A stretch of DNA of 64,000 nucleotides from a virus, in IMG/VR virus record IMGVR_UViG_3300041409_000599, positions 16,461-80,460 of that record. One strand, given 5' to 3'. The first letter of the stretch is position 1, and the number at the start of each line of letters is the position of its first letter. The notes under the pieces are model-generated. The model did not search any database. It worked only from the letters and a program-made list of their open reading frames with translations, and was not told the DNA's origin. Shown here piece after piece: positions 9,792 to 19,102 of the stretch. A program made the position numbers and the translations under genes.

Positions 9792-10558
9792 AGTGAAATG
9801 TCCCTCTTCGCGTCAGCAAACCAGCCAGGGTTGGCCGAACTGTTGAACACGATCTTTCCTTTGACGGCTGAGATTGATTCGTTGTAGCAATCGCCGGCAT
9901 AGGGCTGGAATGCCGACTCGTCGTTGAACAGTCCCCACGGGTGATAGAACCTGATCTTGCCCTTGCCGCTGGGAATACGCAGGATCTCGGAACCGTTGGC
10001 AAAGGCCAGTATCTCTGCCGCCTGGGTGTCCGCCGGCTTTACCAGTGGGTGAGCCTCTTTCAGCCAGTCCGGCTGATTGCCGTAGAGCACCTTGGCGTAA
10101 TCAACCAGTTCTGTCGCTTTCTCGCCTTCCATGGTTTGGAACAGCACGCGACGTTCCGGGAACTTCATCGCCTGCCACAGAAAGAATGCGACGATGCCCC
10201 ATGACACCATCATGTCGCGGCTCTTCTCCCACCAGTAAACCGGCTCGTCCGGATCCATCAACAGATCGAACATTGGCTGGAAGTAGGGCTTATCGGGGAA
10301 AGGCTCGTAAGGGCTGGGGCGATGTTCTTCTACCCAGTGAGGATTGAATGTTTTGGTGAAATGGCGGGCCCAATGGTAGGGATGGCGCGTAGCGTCGGCG
10401 ACCTTCTCCATCAGCGTTTCAAGCTGCTGGGCCTGTTCGGTGGCTGAGCCTTGGGCCTGGGCTTTAAGACGGCGGGATTGATTGAGTTGGACCTGCGCAA
10501 AGACGCGCAAATCCAACGGCGCCGGGTTCTCCGGCGACCACTGATCTAGTATGCTCAT
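9788..10558 (-). CDS. terL: Terminase large subunit, N-terminal (ATPase) half
   Basis: Walker A-like EKSRDMMVSW, Walker B FNDESAF, motif III SSANPG. Confidence 0.85.
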   Translation of the reverse strand: MSILDQWSPENPAPLDLRVFAQVQLNQSRRLKAQAQGSATEQAQQLETLMEKVADATRHPYHWARHFTKTFNPHWVEEHRPSPYEPFPDKPYFQPMFDLLMDPDEPVYWWEKSRDMMVSWGIVAFFLWQAMKFPERRVLFQTMEGEKATELVDYAKVLYGNQPDWLKEAHPLVKPADTQAAEILAFANGSEILRIPSGKGKIRFYHPWGLFNDESAFQPYAGDCYNESISAVKGKIVFNSSANPGWFADAKRDISL

Positions 10559-10587
10559 TCGACAAATCGCTCAGAATTTGTAACGAA
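10558..10587 (-). promoter_or_regulatory. Hairpin with CTGAGC loop abutting the TerL-N start codon
   Basis: TTCG(TT)ACAAATT-CTGAGC-GATTTGT-CGAA, then ATG. Confidence 0.6.
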
Positions 10588-10610
10588 CGAATCTGCTTTT
10601 AGGGGATACG

Positions 10611-11093
10611 TTAGTTGACGCTGCCCTGGCCGCCGCTCTCAGACTTTGGCCAGTATCCGTGCTCTACAAAGAATTCCTTTTCCGCTTCGCTCTTGCCTTC
10701 CAGTTGTTTCCTGAACTGATCGTGCTCCTGGCCTTTCACCATGAAGCCCTGCATCTCAGCCACTAGGCGCAACGCCGCCACCTGGCCTGTGATATTGCTG
10801 TTCGTTTCTTTGGGCAGCATGTCGGCCAGCTTCAGCGCTCGTTCCGTCACGTCGATCTTGCTGGCCTTGGTGGCAATCTTCCGGGCTGATACCTCAACCA
10901 TCTGCTTCCGCTTTTCCTCGATCGCCTTGGCAATCTCTGGTATCTGCATCAGACGAAACGAGTCGCGTGCCGGATCGGAGAACCCAGCATCGCGCGCCGC
11001 CTGTACGTCATCACCCTTCCACGCCAGCACGTAGGCCATGCGCATTTCCGTCCACTTGAATTTGTTCTTGCCGGTTCTCTTGTGTGACGCCAT
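10611..11093 (-). CDS. terS: Terminase small subunit
   Basis: QAARDAGFS..RLMQIPEIAKAI HTH; lies directly upstream of TerL. Confidence 0.75.
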   Translation of the reverse strand: MASHKRTGKNKFKWTEMRMAYVLAWKGDDVQAARDAGFSDPARDSFRLMQIPEIAKAIEEKRKQMVEVSARKIATKASKIDVTERALKLADMLPKETNSNITGQVAALRLVAEMQGFMVKGQEHDQFRKQLEGKSEAEKEFFVEHGYWPKSESGGQGSVN

Positions 11094-14000
11094 TACCGCT
11101 CCTCAAAGGCATGCAGTGCACCTTCGCGTTCGCCTTCAATGGGATTGCCCCGCATGGTGCTGACGGCCTTCTTCAGCATGATTGGCCGGATAATCGCTTT
11201 CTCTTCCGGCGTGGCCGCGTTGAATACCTTCTTTACGTCTGAGTAGCGATCGAGGCGCGGCAGGTAGAAGCTCAACTCGTCCAGCGCCTGCTTCTTCAGT
11301 TGGGCTTTGCGCTCCTTCTGGCTCAAGTCGCCGGACTCGATGCGCGCGCGCTTGTCGTCCAATTGCTTCTGCAGGTCCGGAGTCAGCGCCATGTTCTCGC
11401 GCAGGAGTTCGTGCATCAGCCGCACCGCGGTCGATTGCGTTTCGGAATTGGGGAAGGTAACGCCAGCCTGGTAGGCCAGCAGGTCGCGGGTCGGAGTCTC
11501 TGACCGTTCTGCCTTTTCTACCTGCTGCGTCGGGCCCAGGGCGCCAGTAATCTTTTTGCCCACATCATGCGCGATCGTTGCCGCCGGCGCATGCCGATCG
11601 TAGATCCTGCTGCCGCTGTAGAAGTCACGATTGAACGCCAACTCCGCCGCTGTCTTCGGCAGGACCGCCGGCGTGAATGTTCCCTGAATCAATTCCTCTG
11701 GCGGCTTGTTGCCTTTTACAATCTCATTCACCAGATACGGCACCGCCGAAGCGCCAGAGCGTACCATGCGCGCCTTGGGGTCGCCCGTAATCTTCTTCAG
11801 CAGTTTGTCCCACATCTCATAGGCCACAAACGTCAGCAGCCCCAGCATGAACAGGTGATCAAACCCGCGCGCCCGGTCCTTCCATGTGCTGTCCGGGCTA
11901 GCCGCTTCCTTCAACATCTGCCCGTAGGATTTCCACACGCCATAGTGGTACCGGCTGAATACCGTCAGCATGTGGCTGTTCATGAATTTCGAAAGACCAT
12001 GCGAGTTGAGCACCCGTGAAGGGATCCGGTAATCAGGGATGTGCTTCGCCGTCTCCGCAGCAGCCTCTTCAAAGGGCATGCCGCCCAGGGCTTTCTCATA
12101 GGTCGCCTGCAGAAAAAAGATATCGTTCGACATCCACGTCATCTTCTGCCCCAGCTTGTACAGCCCTTTCATCATGTCCAGATGGTTGGCGTAGCCGGCC
12201 GCTTTCGCCAGCATGCTCGCCACGTCGGTGTGATGGTCAAGGTAGCCGAGGATTGAATCCACCAGGTGCTTATGCAGTTCGCGCAGGTCCTGGCGATGGC
12301 TCATCATCGGCGCGCCGTGGTCCAGCGCCTGCACAAAGTCGTCGTTCTGCGTTACCACGGCTTTGATTGCCCGAATGCCGGCTTTGAACGAACGCGGATA
12401 CCTGAACACGTTGAAATTGCCGGTGACGCCTCGTTCCACCAGCCAGTGATTGCCGATGTTATAGACGTGCCGCGCGGGATTGAGCACCAGGGACGCTGTC
12501 ATCAGGTTGCCGATCTTTTCCATGGCGCCGGCAGGGTCGGCATGCAGTTCGTCGGCAAAGCGGTCCAGCGTTTCCGCCAGATGCTTTTCAAAATAGTAGC
12601 CATTGAATTGCGGCAGGTTCACCGTGCGCCAGCCGTCCGGAGGCATCTCGCCATGCTCCGGCTTGAAACTCAGGCTCTTGAACTCAGGGTCTTCCTTCAT
12701 CGCATCGAGCGCGTCATTGGCTCGTTCCGCGCGCCGAAGTTGCAGATAGTCCACCACGGTGTTGGCCAGCGCGTTCTTGTAGTAGCGAACGCCGGTGTGC
12801 TCCTCAATCTCTTTAGTTGTGGCCTGCTTCAACGTCCAGCGCTGGCCGTCTTTATCGTTGAACTCATCTCCCACCTGCAAGCCGGGCTTGTCTTTGGCGA
12901 ACTCTGAAGCGCTGCCGTTATCGAACGCCGTCATGGTGTCGCCATTGCGATGGACCACCACGCGCTGGCCGTCTTCGTCTTCCGCGGCAAACATCCGGCG
13001 CCCTTTGAGAGAACTGGCCGCTTTCGATAGCACGTTGCCTTTGCCGGTGCCGCCTTTGCCGCGCATGGCGCGTTCCATCTGGTTGTTCTTGCCCTGGACC
13101 TCGCGATGGATATAACCGTCGTCCTCGCCCATGGGAACGCCGGCCTTGTTCAGCTTGGCGCGCATTTCGGAATTGGCGTCCATCAGCGGCTGTACTACGC
13201 CCTCAAGGTTGGCCTGCTGCCGGGCCGTCAGCGCTTCGCCGCTATCTTCTTTATGGTGGTAGATGGCGGCCTGGTCTTCGGGCGAGGTTGTCGGGCCCAC
13301 GGCCTTCAGCAGCTTGATCACGCGCAGCACGTCGGCATCTGACTGCTTGCCCAGCTGGTAGAGCGTGTCGTCAATATTCTTGGCCGCTTTGTTTAATCCC
13401 GGTTCCAGTACTCGGTCCCAGGTCTTTTCTTTCGCGGCCTTCACCAGATCGGCTACGGCCGATGGAACGTTGAGACGGGCAAAGCCGGATTCACCGCTCT
13501 TGTCCTTGAGCGTCTTCAGTCCGACGGTTACAGTCTTGCCGTCGTCGGTCTTGACCCGGGCAATATTCATTTCCGGGTGGACGTACTGCACTTGACCGCT
13601 GCGGCCATCGGCCAGGGTTACGGTTTCGCCTTTGGCTGGTGCGCCCGGCTGATTGAATAACCCGCTCTGCCCGCTCGCTTCCGAATCGCGAAACAGCGGC
13701 GAGTTGCGTTCCATTTCGCCGGTCTTGGTGCTTATCGATTCTTTTGGCGCGGTAATCTCGCGCGAGAGGTCTTCGCCGTGCTTTTCAGCAACGGCTTCCT
13801 TTTCTGCCGCAACATGAGGTTCCATGCCGGGCAGTGTTGGCTCTTCAGATTTGTTTTTTGGTCTGCGTAGCTCTTCCAGGTCGGAAGGTTTTACTGAGGC
13901 TTGCCGGTCGGCGTTTCCTGCATCTTCTTCTGCATGTCCTGGATGCTCTTGAACTCGTTCAGCACCCTGCCCTTCGCTCCCGGTGACAGCTTTTCGTAGC

Positions 14001-17000
14001 TCGGCTCTGACGGCTTGGTAGGCTCTGCTCTTAACGTCTTCCGGTTTGTGGTATCCACTGGCTAACTCCTTGGCGGACTTTTCCAGAATGTCATTGACCG
14101 GGCCGGTGTGCGAACTCAGTTTATTGTACGCCTCCTCGGCCTGCCCGGCGGCATCGGCAATCTTTCTGTTCTGCTCGGCCTTCAGCTTCTGGCCCTTCAC
14201 CTGGCCCAGCGCGGACGCTTTGTCCTCGGTCGCCACTGATCCAAACACCCTGCGCTCTTTTGCTATCTGCGCTTTGATGTGCGCCGATATCTCCGCTTTC
14301 TCCAGAGCCAGAGAATGGATCTGCTGATTGGCGCCGAACAATCCCCCTTGCTCAATGGTCTTGTTGCCGGAGTTGCCCACGAACCGCGCCAGCTCCGCGA
14401 CCGTCGCATCAGTAACGCTCTTGCCTTGCTTCTCGCGCTTGTCGAGCAGTTTTAGAATCGCTTCCTGCTGCGCCGGATCACTCGTCGCCTGTCCGATGGC
14501 CACGCCGCGGCCTTCGCTCATCTTGCCCGTGGCCACACGCTCAAAGATCGATTGATCGAGTTTAGATAGCGCCAGGCCGTCCGCGGCTTTGGACTCGCCC
14601 AGGGAGATGCCGTGCTTGCTCAGGTCGGCGGGTGAGATGCCGCTCTCGCGGAAGAATTTTGCCGCGTCGACGGCTGTCCCTCTGCCTTCAGCAATGTTCT
14701 GCAGGGCGCCCGTTGCGCGCGCTTCGCCTGCGGTGTCAACATTCAAATGGCGCGCAAGAAGATCATGTGCGCCGTTTTCTTTTGCCAGTTGAACGCGATG
14801 GTGTCCATTGACCACGTAAGTCTTGCCATCGGCGGGATTGTGCCAGATGGAGACCACGCCAGCCAGATCGTCATTCCATTTCTGCCCGGAAAGAAGGTTG
14901 GTTACGCCGTGTTCGTTGGTGTTGAGTTTGTACTGAAATTCTTTTGGCGCGATCGTGAGGTCATCCACGCGGACGCGGCCAGCCTGCCCTTTGGCCGGGA
15001 TGCCTTCAGGCAGTTGATGCTCAATCTCTGATTCGTGGAAGGTCTGGGGAGCTACTTCTTCGGTTCCACCTTGAGTGGCGGCTTCATGTCCGACTTCAGT
15101 AATTCCTCTAAGCTCACCACGGGCACGCTCTCCGGCTGCTTCTCTGGCGGTCTTGTGTTTGTGGAGTTCGGCTTCTGCGGATTTGAGGTCGGTTCCTGTG
15201 CCATAGCTAAAGTCTACTCCTTGGAGCGTGACGGTATTTCCATCTGCATCGGTGACGGTAAACTCGCGGTTCCTGAGGATCGCGCGCGCCTTTTCCAGCC
15301 CGGCTTTCAATTGCTCCGGCGATTCACCGCGATAGAGAAATTCATCACCCTTCTGATGGTAAGCGTCCAGTCCGGCTTCTTTCGCCGCTTCGGCTTTGGC
15401 CACCAGAATAGTGTTGCCTGCCTTGTATCCAAACTTGTCATTGAAGGCTTTCAGCGCGTCGGCGTCCGACATGGCCACCGCCGGCGACGAGGGCGCATCG
15501 TGGAAGGCGCGGCCATTCGGAATTGGCATCTCTGTGTGTGTGCCGTCGCCATTGTCCAGCCGCGACGTGTGCAGTTCCCGCGCCATCTCATGCGGCTTCA
15601 TATCCGCCACGCGCTTGCGCTCGGCCACGTTGGTGCGGCGGTCCGGCTTGTTGCCGTATACCGTACCTTTGCCAGAATCGTAATCGGGAAAGAGCACGAC
15701 TACATTGTGTGGGCCGTACTTTTTCCCTGCGGATCGGCCACCTTCGTGGCGCAACCCGTGATATCCCATCTCCACCAGATTCTGGGAGATGTCGCCGAGC
15801 AGGTCCTGAATTTCGTAAGCCGGGATGCGCTGCGCCGCCGATTCATCCCGTAATTCTGAATAGATGTGCGTGCCCTTGGTGCCTTCAGGAAAGGCAGACA
15901 TGCCCAAGGGGGTGTACTGTTCAATTCGTTTATTGAAGAGCTGGAGAACTTTGTCCGGCAGAGGCTTTTCCAGATCCAGAACTTTTGCGCCTGGTAACTC
16001 GGCTGAGAGCACGTGACGCTGTTCTGTCCTACCCTCGTCAGGTTTTCTGGTTCGCTTGTAACCTTCTGCCACTTTCGGATTATCGGTAAGGTAAAGCCCT
16101 GGACCGTAAATGTTCAATTCACCGGAGAACCCTACCGGATCAGCCTCTTTCAGTTCCGTCAAACCATGGGGCGTGCCGTGATAAAACGTCTTGCCGCCGG
16201 GCAATTCCTCGTGTGTCAATGGTTCATATTTGTAGCCGCCTTCAAGGGGTATGCGTTCTTCTGTCCCATCTCTCTTGCTGACGACAACATGGTCCACAGG
16301 GATCTTGCCGCCCTCCAGATGGCTGCCGCCTTCATATTTGGCAACATGTTCCGGCTTCACGTAGCCCAGAGTGACGTGCGGCTTATACTCGCCGTGGTCG
16401 TCCGGCTTAAACTCGCCGGCGCCCTCAACCGCTGAACGCAAGGCGTTAAGTTCGGGAGATTTCTCCACGTGCACAATGACTGGATGGGCACCTTCCTTGG
16501 TGGCCGGGAATGATCCAGTCTTGCCGACCGTGGCCTCAAACGGCGCTATCTTGGCCGCCGCATCCTTTATATGGGCGATGGCTTCAGGGCTGTCGTCTTT
16601 CAGGCCATAACGCACCGTAACGTGCGGAGTCTTTTCCTTGCCGTTCGGCCCCAGATGCTCTTCCGGGATGGCCGCAACCGCTTCGGTATGCCGCTGGCCC
16701 AGCTCGCTCTTGGGCTCGATATTGACTTGCGTGGACGCATATTCATGCGCTGGCTGGATGTCATTCTCGGTGAATACTTTAGGAGCAGCTACTTCCTGTT
16801 TTGCTCCCTCATTTCCGGTCAGATTTTGGGTAGATTGAGACTCCTGGGGCACACCAGGAGCCTGTGTTTCGCCCAAGTCAGTCTGAACCGGCTGCGGAGT
16901 GGGTGCCTGTGGCTCTTGAGCCGGTGTTGCCTTCGGTGGACGCGAACTGGCTAGGAACTGTCTGACCGGTGCTGCCGGCGTACTTGTGGCTTCAGGTGTC

Positions 17001-18550
17001 CTATTGGCAGCTTCCGGTGAGCTTTTGGCCGGTTGCTGTGAGCTTTCGGTCTTTACTTGCACCTTGGCCGCTTCAGCCGTGGCCTTATCGTGCGCTGCCA
17101 CGCCATCATTAATAAGCTTGGCCGCCAGTGCTTCCGCTGCGTCGGGCGTCTTCGCGATGTGGATCTTGCCATCCACCACGACCTTGCCCTTGTTGTCGGC
17201 AATCCACTGCGTCAGGTTCTGGTGCGCCTCGTCGATAACCTGGTTGCGTTTTCCTTCCGGGACTTTTGCGATCGTCTGCGCCAGATGGTCAACCTGCGCG
17301 CCCGAAAGCTTGTTGCCAAACTCCTCGCCCGGAGTGGGTGGCGGCGGCGCCGGAGGCGGTACCGCTGGCCTTCCTGCAACAACGTTCTTGGCCATCGTCG
17401 CGGAGGCGTTGGCCTTCACCATCGACGCAACCTCAGAAGGCATCGGCCTTGGAGGTGCTTCAGGATTGTGCGGCGTACCGGTTATTTCTCCCGGCCCGGG
17501 TCCAAGTTGGCGTGGCTGGCCGGTTCTTCCAGTTGATGTGTCGCCTTCCGGTGCGGCTTTGTCCTCATAAGAAAATCCTCGCGAGAACTTTCGTCCGAAT
17601 CGCGTATCACCGACTTTGGCCCCAATCGTCACGTCTTCCGGGGTCACGCGGACACCGCCAGATACCCTGTCACCAAAAGCGGAGAACTCTCCTATCCGGG
17701 TTGGACGTGGTCCCGGGCCTTTACCGTAGCCGGACTTCAGCCCGGAAACCACGCCCAGGGCTGACGGCGCAAACATCGACACCGTGCGAATCAGGTCTTC
17801 ATCTTCAGGCGATACATGCCCGTGGACGGCTGCGCCTGCGCCCTCGCTGGCGAGCATGCCTGCGCCGAATCCCAGCGCTGTCTTGGCCGGGGCCATCACA
17901 CCAGATGCCGCTACCAGCGGCAAACTGACATCGCCTACGCCCTTGATGGTTTCAGCAATGCCGCTCATTTCCTGCCGCCGGGCTGCTTCGGGCATCCGTG
18001 TAAGCGGTACGCGCTGGCCGGTACGAGGATTGGTAAAGAACGCGCCGTTGTCCGGTACCTGCTGGCTTTCAGCTTTCTTGATGTCGCTGGCACCGCTGGC
18101 AATCTGCTCCGGGCCAGTCGTAAACGGACGCGCCGGATCATAGATCGGCATATCCGCTTCAGGCACGGCAGAGAGTGGAACGCGCTGGCCAGTCCGAGGA
18201 TTCGTGAAATGGCCGTCCGTTGGTTCCTTCGGTGCACCTGCAACCGGAGCCAGCGGCATACCGGCGGATTCACTGGCGGCAGTCTGTGGACTCTTCGCGC
18301 GCGCCACGGACGCCTGTGTGTCTTTGTCCGGCTGGTTCCAGAGCGTTCCAACCACATCAGAAAACTTTGGCGCAGGACGAGACGCGGCCGGTGCTTTGTA
18401 TCCGGGAGAGCCGGGGCCAAGGGGATTGCCGCCGAGCGCAGTTCCGGTGCTGGGTTTGGCTATCTCGTCTTCGCCGAAGGTGATCGGCTTGGACGACTGG
18501 CCGGACTGATCGATGTCCTGATCGCTAAAAACTACCGGGGAATCGGGCAT
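11093..18550 (-). CDS. Giant polyvalent internal virion/ejection protein (2H phosphoesterase, ART-like, GGDEF-like and ParB-like domains)
   Basis: PHVTV/PHVTL; YHGT..GPGLYLT; NDKFG..KGDEF; VNGHHR; position after other ejection proteins. Confidence 0.85.
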   Translation of the reverse strand: MPDSPVVFSDQDIDQSGQSSKPITFGEDEIAKPSTGTALGGNPLGPGSPGYKAPAASRPAPKFSDVVGTLWNQPDKDTQASVARAKSPQTAASESAGMPLAPVAGAPKEPTDGHFTNPRTGQRVPLSAVPEADMPIYDPARPFTTGPEQIASGASDIKKAESQQVPDNGAFFTNPRTGQRVPLTRMPEAARRQEMSGIAETIKGVGDVSLPLVAASGVMAPAKTALGFGAGMLASEGAGAAVHGHVSPEDEDLIRTVSMFAPSALGVVSGLKSGYGKGPGPRPTRIGEFSAFGDRVSGGVRVTPEDVTIGAKVGDTRFGRKFSRGFSYEDKAAPEGDTSTGRTGQPRQLGPGPGEITGTPHNPEAPPRPMPSEVASMVKANASATMAKNVVAGRPAVPPPAPPPPTPGEEFGNKLSGAQVDHLAQTIAKVPEGKRNQVIDEAHQNLTQWIADNKGKVVVDGKIHIAKTPDAAEALAAKLINDGVAAHDKATAEAAKVQVKTESSQQPAKSSPEAANRTPEATSTPAAPVRQFLASSRPPKATPAQEPQAPTPQPVQTDLGETQAPGVPQESQSTQNLTGNEGAKQEVAAPKVFTENDIQPAHEYASTQVNIEPKSELGQRHTEAVAAIPEEHLGPNGKEKTPHVTVRYGLKDDSPEAIAHIKDAAAKIAPFEATVGKTGSFPATKEGAHPVIVHVEKSPELNALRSAVEGAGEFKPDDHGEYKPHVTLGYVKPEHVAKYEGGSHLEGGKIPVDHVVVSKRDGTEERIPLEGGYKYEPLTHEELPGGKTFYHGTPHGLTELKEADPVGFSGELNIYGPGLYLTDNPKVAEGYKRTRKPDEGRTEQRHVLSAELPGAKVLDLEKPLPDKVLQLFNKRIEQYTPLGMSAFPEGTKGTHIYSELRDESAAQRIPAYEIQDLLGDISQNLVEMGYHGLRHEGGRSAGKKYGPHNVVVLFPDYDSGKGTVYGNKPDRRTNVAERKRVADMKPHEMARELHTSRLDNGDGTHTEMPIPNGRAFHDAPSSPAVAMSDADALKAFNDKFGYKAGNTILVAKAEAAKEAGLDAYHQKGDEFLYRGESPEQLKAGLEKARAILRNREFTVTDADGNTVTLQGVDFSYGTGTDLKSAEAELHKHKTAREAAGERARGELRGITEVGHEAATQGGTEEVAPQTFHESEIEHQLPEGIPAKGQAGRVRVDDLTIAPKEFQYKLNTNEHGVTNLLSGQKWNDDLAGVVSIWHNPADGKTYVVNGHHRVQLAKENGAHDLLARHLNVDTAGEARATGALQNIAEGRGTAVDAAKFFRESGISPADLSKHGISLGESKAADGLALSKLDQSIFERVATGKMSEGRGVAIGQATSDPAQQEAILKLLDKREKQGKSVTDATVAELARFVGNSGNKTIEQGGLFGANQQIHSLALEKAEISAHIKAQIAKERRVFGSVATEDKASALGQVKGQKLKAEQNRKIADAAGQAEEAYNKLSSHTGPVNDILEKSAKELASGYHKPEDVKSRAYQAVRAELRKAVTGSEGQGAERVQEHPGHAEEDAGNADRQASVKPSDLEELRRPKNKSEEPTLPGMEPHVAAEKEAVAEKHGEDLSREITAPKESISTKTGEMERNSPLFRDSEASGQSGLFNQPGAPAKGETVTLADGRSGQVQYVHPEMNIARVKTDDGKTVTVGLKTLKDKSGESGFARLNVPSAVADLVKAAKEKTWDRVLEPGLNKAAKNIDDTLYQLGKQSDADVLRVIKLLKAVGPTTSPEDQAAIYHHKEDSGEALTARQQANLEGVVQPLMDANSEMRAKLNKAGVPMGEDDGYIHREVQGKNNQMERAMRGKGGTGKGNVLSKAASSLKGRRMFAAEDEDGQRVVVHRNGDTMTAFDNGSASEFAKDKPGLQVGDEFNDKDGQRWTLKQATTKEIEEHTGVRYYKNALANTVVDYLQLRRAERANDALDAMKEDPEFKSLSFKPEHGEMPPDGWRTVNLPQFNGYYFEKHLAETLDRFADELHADPAGAMEKIGNLMTASLVLNPARHVYNIGNHWLVERGVTGNFNVFRYPRSFKAGIRAIKAVVTQNDDFVQALDHGAPMMSHRQDLRELHKHLVDSILGYLDHHTDVASMLAKAAGYANHLDMMKGLYKLGQKMTWMSNDIFFLQATYEKALGGMPFEEAAAETAKHIPDYRIPSRVLNSHGLSKFMNSHMLTVFSRYHYGVWKSYGQMLKEAASPDSTWKDRARGFDHLFMLGLLTFVAYEMWDKLLKKITGDPKARMVRSGASAVPYLVNEIVKGNKPPEELIQGTFTPAVLPKTAAELAFNRDFYSGSRIYDRHAPAATIAHDVGKKITGALGPTQQVEKAERSETPTRDLLAYQAGVTFPNSETQSTAVRLMHELLRENMALTPDLQKQLDDKRARIESGDLSQKERKAQLKKQALDELSFYLPRLDRYSDVKKVFNAATPEEKAIIRPIMLKKAVSTMRGNPIEGEREGALHAFEER

Positions 18551-18569
18551 TTGGATTTATGATTGGGGC

Positions 18570-18770
18570 ATGAGAGGACGCGATAATTCAAAAGAGCGCT
18601 ATTGGCAAGCGTCGGTAATGTGTGCGTTGGGATCGCTAGTCTACGCTGTGTTTTTTGGAATCGCGATTGCTAAGCAATTCCCTACTGCCGTGCCAATAAT
18701 TTACGCTCTGATATGTGCATGGTTTCTGTGGCACGCCAAACGTCTATGGGATGGCGATGTAGCTCAATGA
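18570..18770 (+). CDS. Small 2-TM membrane protein (antisense moron)
   Basis: Two hydrophobic helices; TATGAT -10 at 18558-18563 gives a leaderless ATG. Confidence 0.6.
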   Translation: MRGRDNSKERYWQASVMCALGSLVYAVFFGIAIAKQFPTAVPIIYALICAWFLWHAKRLWDGDVAQ

Positions 18771-19102
18771 ACCGCCGCAACTTTCTTCAACTCGCCGCTC
18801 TCGCCGTCGCCGGACAAGCCGCAGAGCGTGTCTTTCCCTTCAGGGTATACAGCATCCCGAAAAATATTGTGGTGGCATCCAACTGGGATCAATTGATCAT
18901 GCCGCCGTCCTCTCTCTACGGCATGCCTTACTATTTCCCGCCCGGCTGCCTTGGTAGTGTCGGCCCGTGGATGGGAATCAGCCGTGCCGAGTTCATCCCC
19001 TTCACAACATTAAAAAAGGACAGCGAAACCGCTGAAGCCGCCAGGACGCTGGCTAAGGCGCTGGACTGCCCTCATACTTACCGCCGGGCAGAATCTTTGT
19101 GA
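18767..19102 (+). CDS. Small protein with twin-arginine-like signal
   Basis: MNRRNFLQLAALAVAG; ATGA coupling. Confidence 0.6.
   Translation: MNRRNFLQLAALAVAGQAAERVFPFRVYSIPKNIVVASNWDQLIMPPSSLYGMPYYFPPGCLGSVGPWMGISRAEFIPFTTLKKDSETAEAARTLAKALDCPHTYRRAESL

Noticed and set aside
9780-9800. Intron or intein at the TerL split
   Set aside because: No intervening sequence or splicing motifs; the ORFs overlap directly
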